DNA from: Candidatus Methanomethylicia archaeon
GTDB lineage: Archaea; Thermoproteota; Methanomethylicia; CALHIW01
NCBI GenBank assembly: GCA_038845975.1
Contig: JAWBQF010000043.1
Span: 1 to 17,570 of the forward strand
Direction: 5' to 3'
Length of the DNA: 17,570 bases
Below the pieces are notes generated by a model. The model had not been told where the DNA came from, searched no databases, and worked only from the letters and a program-made list of their open reading frames with translations. The first letter of the stretch is position 1. Every line of letters starts with the position of its first letter. A program made the translations under genes and the position numbers. Below are positions 15,470 through 17,570 of this stretch, piece after piece.

Positions 15470-17116
15470 TTAAAGATATGGATTCATTAACGGTGCAAGT
15501 TTGGGACCATACCCTTTATGCTCTGGAGGACCGAATGTTCTAAGCGCTTGTATCTGCTTTTCTCTTCCTATACGATCTGTAATCGCTTCCCAAGCGTCAT
15601 GCACAGCTTTCATTCCTTCTTTTGGAGATTCACCACCAGTTAAAACCGCATTAACATGTTTTGTTAATACGTCATCATATTCAGGCGCTCCAAACAAGTT
15701 GATATCTGGTACAATCCAATCAAAGTTTTCCTTTAAAACATCAGTATAGTATTTTCCTCCATAAGATGCTTGAACAAGTGGATCATCAAAATGACCTACT
15801 CTGAAAGGTTCTAGAAAACCTGCTGGATCACATACAACCTTTGCGCTAACCTCAGGATCAGCAAAGTATGTGAGTAAAGCAAAAGCTAATTCTGGACGCT
15901 TAGACCAACGATTTACGAACATTATATGAGATTCACCAATCATTGCTGCATGTCTTACTCGTCCATCTTTAGTTGGGAACCCTGGACATAAAGCATTCTT
16001 TACTTTAGTTCCAAGACCTTTAGCTTCACAGTATTTCTTTAATGATGCCCAAGATAATAGCATTGCTATTTTACCTCTAGCGAAATAGTCATATGCGGTA
16101 TCCCATATAGCTGTTTTAACCTCTGGTGGACAAACGTTATCTACCAACCATTTTAGTAATTCAAGAGCTTCTAATGCTGGTGGTGTATCTATCTGTGGTA
16201 CCATGTTTTCATCAAAGTAATCGACACCTCTTGATGCAAGTGCTTGCTTATAGTTTCTTCTATTCCATGCGTATGGAACATAAACCCATGTTCCATACAT
16301 TTCAGGAGGTCTAGTGAAGAATTCTGCTATATCCTTAAATTCTTTCCATGTTTTAGGTGGTTTTAATTCATATCCATATTTATCATAAAAAGCTTTCTGT
16401 TCTTTAGGATCTTCAAATAAGTCAGCTCTATAATGATTTGTCCATAAATCGTAATCGTACACTATACCATATAATTTACCCATGTAACAGTTCACACCAG
16501 TGTAAAAGGCTGGAGCTGGAGGTGAGGGGGGTTCATCTTTCCATTGCGGTTGATACCTTTGATAATAATTAGCCGGAGGGGCTTCAGGATCAAGAACCAA
16601 TCCTTTTTCAACAAATGTACCTAAATAATGTTGTGGACACAGAAGTATCAAATCATAAGCACCAGAATGTTCTACCGCTTCAGCTGTGTACTTTGGAACT
16701 ATATCCTCCCAAGCTATAGTCACATATTTAACTTTTAATCCTGTAGCATCAGTAAATTCTTTAAAATATTTAGGATCAAAGTGTCCTTCAGATCCAGGAG
16801 TTACGGAGATGACTAATGTTGTTCCTTTAGCTTCAGGAAATGTTTCTAAATACATAAGAGCTCCATTAATTGCCCTTTCTTTAGGAGTAGCACCAGAAGG
16901 TACTGGAAAAGTTGTTTTATAGTCATATGTTGGCTTTGGTGTTGTTGTTGCTGTTATTGTTTCTGTTTTTGTTATTGTTTTTACAGCTGCTGGTGGTTTG
17001 CTTGCTAAATATCCTGCTAAACCCCAACCTATAGCTGCAGCAACAGCTAAACCACCAACAGCCCCCAAATACTTACGCCTAGAAACAGCCTTCTCTTCCT
17101 TTTTTTCTTCACTCAT
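15470..17116 (-). CDS. Sugar ABC transporter substrate-binding protein, Tat-exported and N-terminally anchored
   Basis: 548 aa; twin-arginine 'SRRKYL', hydrophobic helix, Thr-rich linker, CUT1 SBP motifs 'F...TGLKVKY', 'YRADLFEDP..F..KYGYEL.PPKTW.EF.DIAEFFT'. Confidence 0.92.
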   Translation of the reverse strand: MSEEKKEEKAVSRRKYLGAVGGLAVAAAIGWGLAGYLASKPPAAVKTITKTETITATTTPKPTYDYKTTFPVPSGATPKERAINGALMYLETFPEAKGTTLVISVTPGSEGHFDPKYFKEFTDATGLKVKYVTIAWEDIVPKYTAEAVEHSGAYDLILLCPQHYLGTFVEKGLVLDPEAPPANYYQRYQPQWKDEPPSPPAPAFYTGVNCYMGKLYGIVYDYDLWTNHYRADLFEDPKEQKAFYDKYGYELKPPKTWKEFKDIAEFFTRPPEMYGTWVYVPYAWNRRNYKQALASRGVDYFDENMVPQIDTPPALEALELLKWLVDNVCPPEVKTAIWDTAYDYFARGKIAMLLSWASLKKYCEAKGLGTKVKNALCPGFPTKDGRVRHAAMIGESHIMFVNRWSKRPELAFALLTYFADPEVSAKVVCDPAGFLEPFRVGHFDDPLVQASYGGKYYTDVLKENFDWIVPDINLFGAPEYDDVLTKHVNAVLTGGESPKEGMKAVHDAWEAITDRIGREKQIQALRTFGPPEHKGYGPKLAPLMNPYL

Positions 17117-17145
17117 AAAGAGACCCTCCAGTAAGGAGGTCTCAT
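17113..17145 (-). other. Candidate leaderless uORF (MRPPYWRVSL*) with SD-sequestering hairpin
   Basis: ATG 22 nt after the TATA box; stop overlaps the SBP start (ATGA); GAGACCTCC/GGAGGGTCTC stem at 17120-17143. Confidence 0.45.
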
Positions 17146-17166
17146 AATAATTTTTGTTTTTTACTC

Positions 17167-17181
17167 TATTTAAATCTTTCG
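17167..17181 (-). promoter_or_regulatory. BRE+TATA promoter of the SBP gene
   Basis: Minus strand CGAAAGA-TTTAAATA, a canonical archaeal promoter; predicted TSS ~17145. Confidence 0.6.
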
Positions 17182-17373
17182 ATGATTAATAAAAAAGGAA
17201 GTAATGTAGTTTACTGTAAAATAATACTATGCAAGACAAACTGTATTACTATTAATAAAAGTTTTTATAAGTAAGTAGGTTTTTTCAAAAACTTTCAAAA
17301 TATCTTCTTCCAAAAATAAATTCCAAACAAATATAAGTTATTAATTATAAATTTAATTATTGAGGTTAAAAAC

Positions 17374-17570
17374 TTGAGATATTCTTATTTTGAAAATTAT
17401 GGTTTCAAGTTGCCATATGGAGAGGAAGTGATTAAAACTGCAGGTCAAGTTGTTCCAGGAGCAGCTTTTGTGGATATTAGAGCTCAAGCTTTAAGGCTTC
17501 CTCCTGAAAAGCTTTTGGAAAGACTTAAGAAACCTTATGAACCTAAGTTCTCGGCTGGGATTTGGTTTTT
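17374..17570 (+). CDS. 5' part of a probable xylose-isomerase-like TIM-barrel sugar isomerase (runs off the window)
   Basis: Open frame from TTG 17374 (RBS GAGGT 17362-17366; alternative GTG 17428) to the window edge: ...AFVDIRAQALRLPPEKLLERLKKPYEPKFSAGIWF. From recall this resembles the N-terminus of atypical thermophile xylose isomerases (FVD.RAQ...EELL....KFS.GIW). Confidence 0.6.
   Translation, partial: MRYSYFENYGFKLPYGEEVIKTAGQVVPGAAFVDIRAQALRLPPEKLLERLKKPYEPKFSAGIWF

Noticed and set aside
11887-16922. Plus-strand ORFs 11887-12099, 12649-12900, 13345-13530, 15501-15749, 16126-16314 and 16686-16922
   Set aside because: Antisense shadows of the ABC transporter genes.
16930-16985. TTG/GTT-rich repetitive tract
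   Set aside because: It encodes the Thr-rich linker of the SBP; not a CRISPR array or independent repeat.

Overview
AT-rich archaeal DNA, most likely a TACK/Thermoproteota-type lineage such as Bathyarchaeia. This is an inference from BRE/TATA promoters, GGTGA/GGAGG RBSs, many TTG/GTG starts, a BHB-spliced tRNA and an SRRKYL Tat signal. The window opens with a tRNA-Pro(TGG) gene carrying two introns (non-canonical 15/16 and canonical 37/38). A ~16.8 kb catabolic locus follows. It contains a corrinoid protein plus a UroD/MtaA-family Zn methyltransferase, transcribed divergently from a Gfo/Idh/MocA oxidoreductase - PfkB kinase - tungsten aldehyde:ferredoxin oxidoreductase - Rpe-like operon. It also has a 6-phosphogluconate-dehydrogenase-like gene, an OYE/Fe-S flavoenzyme, a six-gene CUT1 sugar ABC transporter with an asymmetric ATPase pair and a small membrane protein, and the 5' end of a probable xylose-isomerase-like gene. 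Most notable: (i) cobalamin methyl-transfer genes sit inside a sugar-uptake/catabolism locus, suggesting anaerobic use of an O-methylated or otherwise modified sugar; (ii) the Gnd-like and Rpe-like proteins both have rewired active sites (catalytic Glu->Leu; GFGG loop and two Met lost); (iii) a leaderless 10-aa uORF plus an SD-sequestering hairpin precede the substrate-binding protein. No mobile element or CRISPR array was seen. All family assignments come from motif recognition, not database searches.
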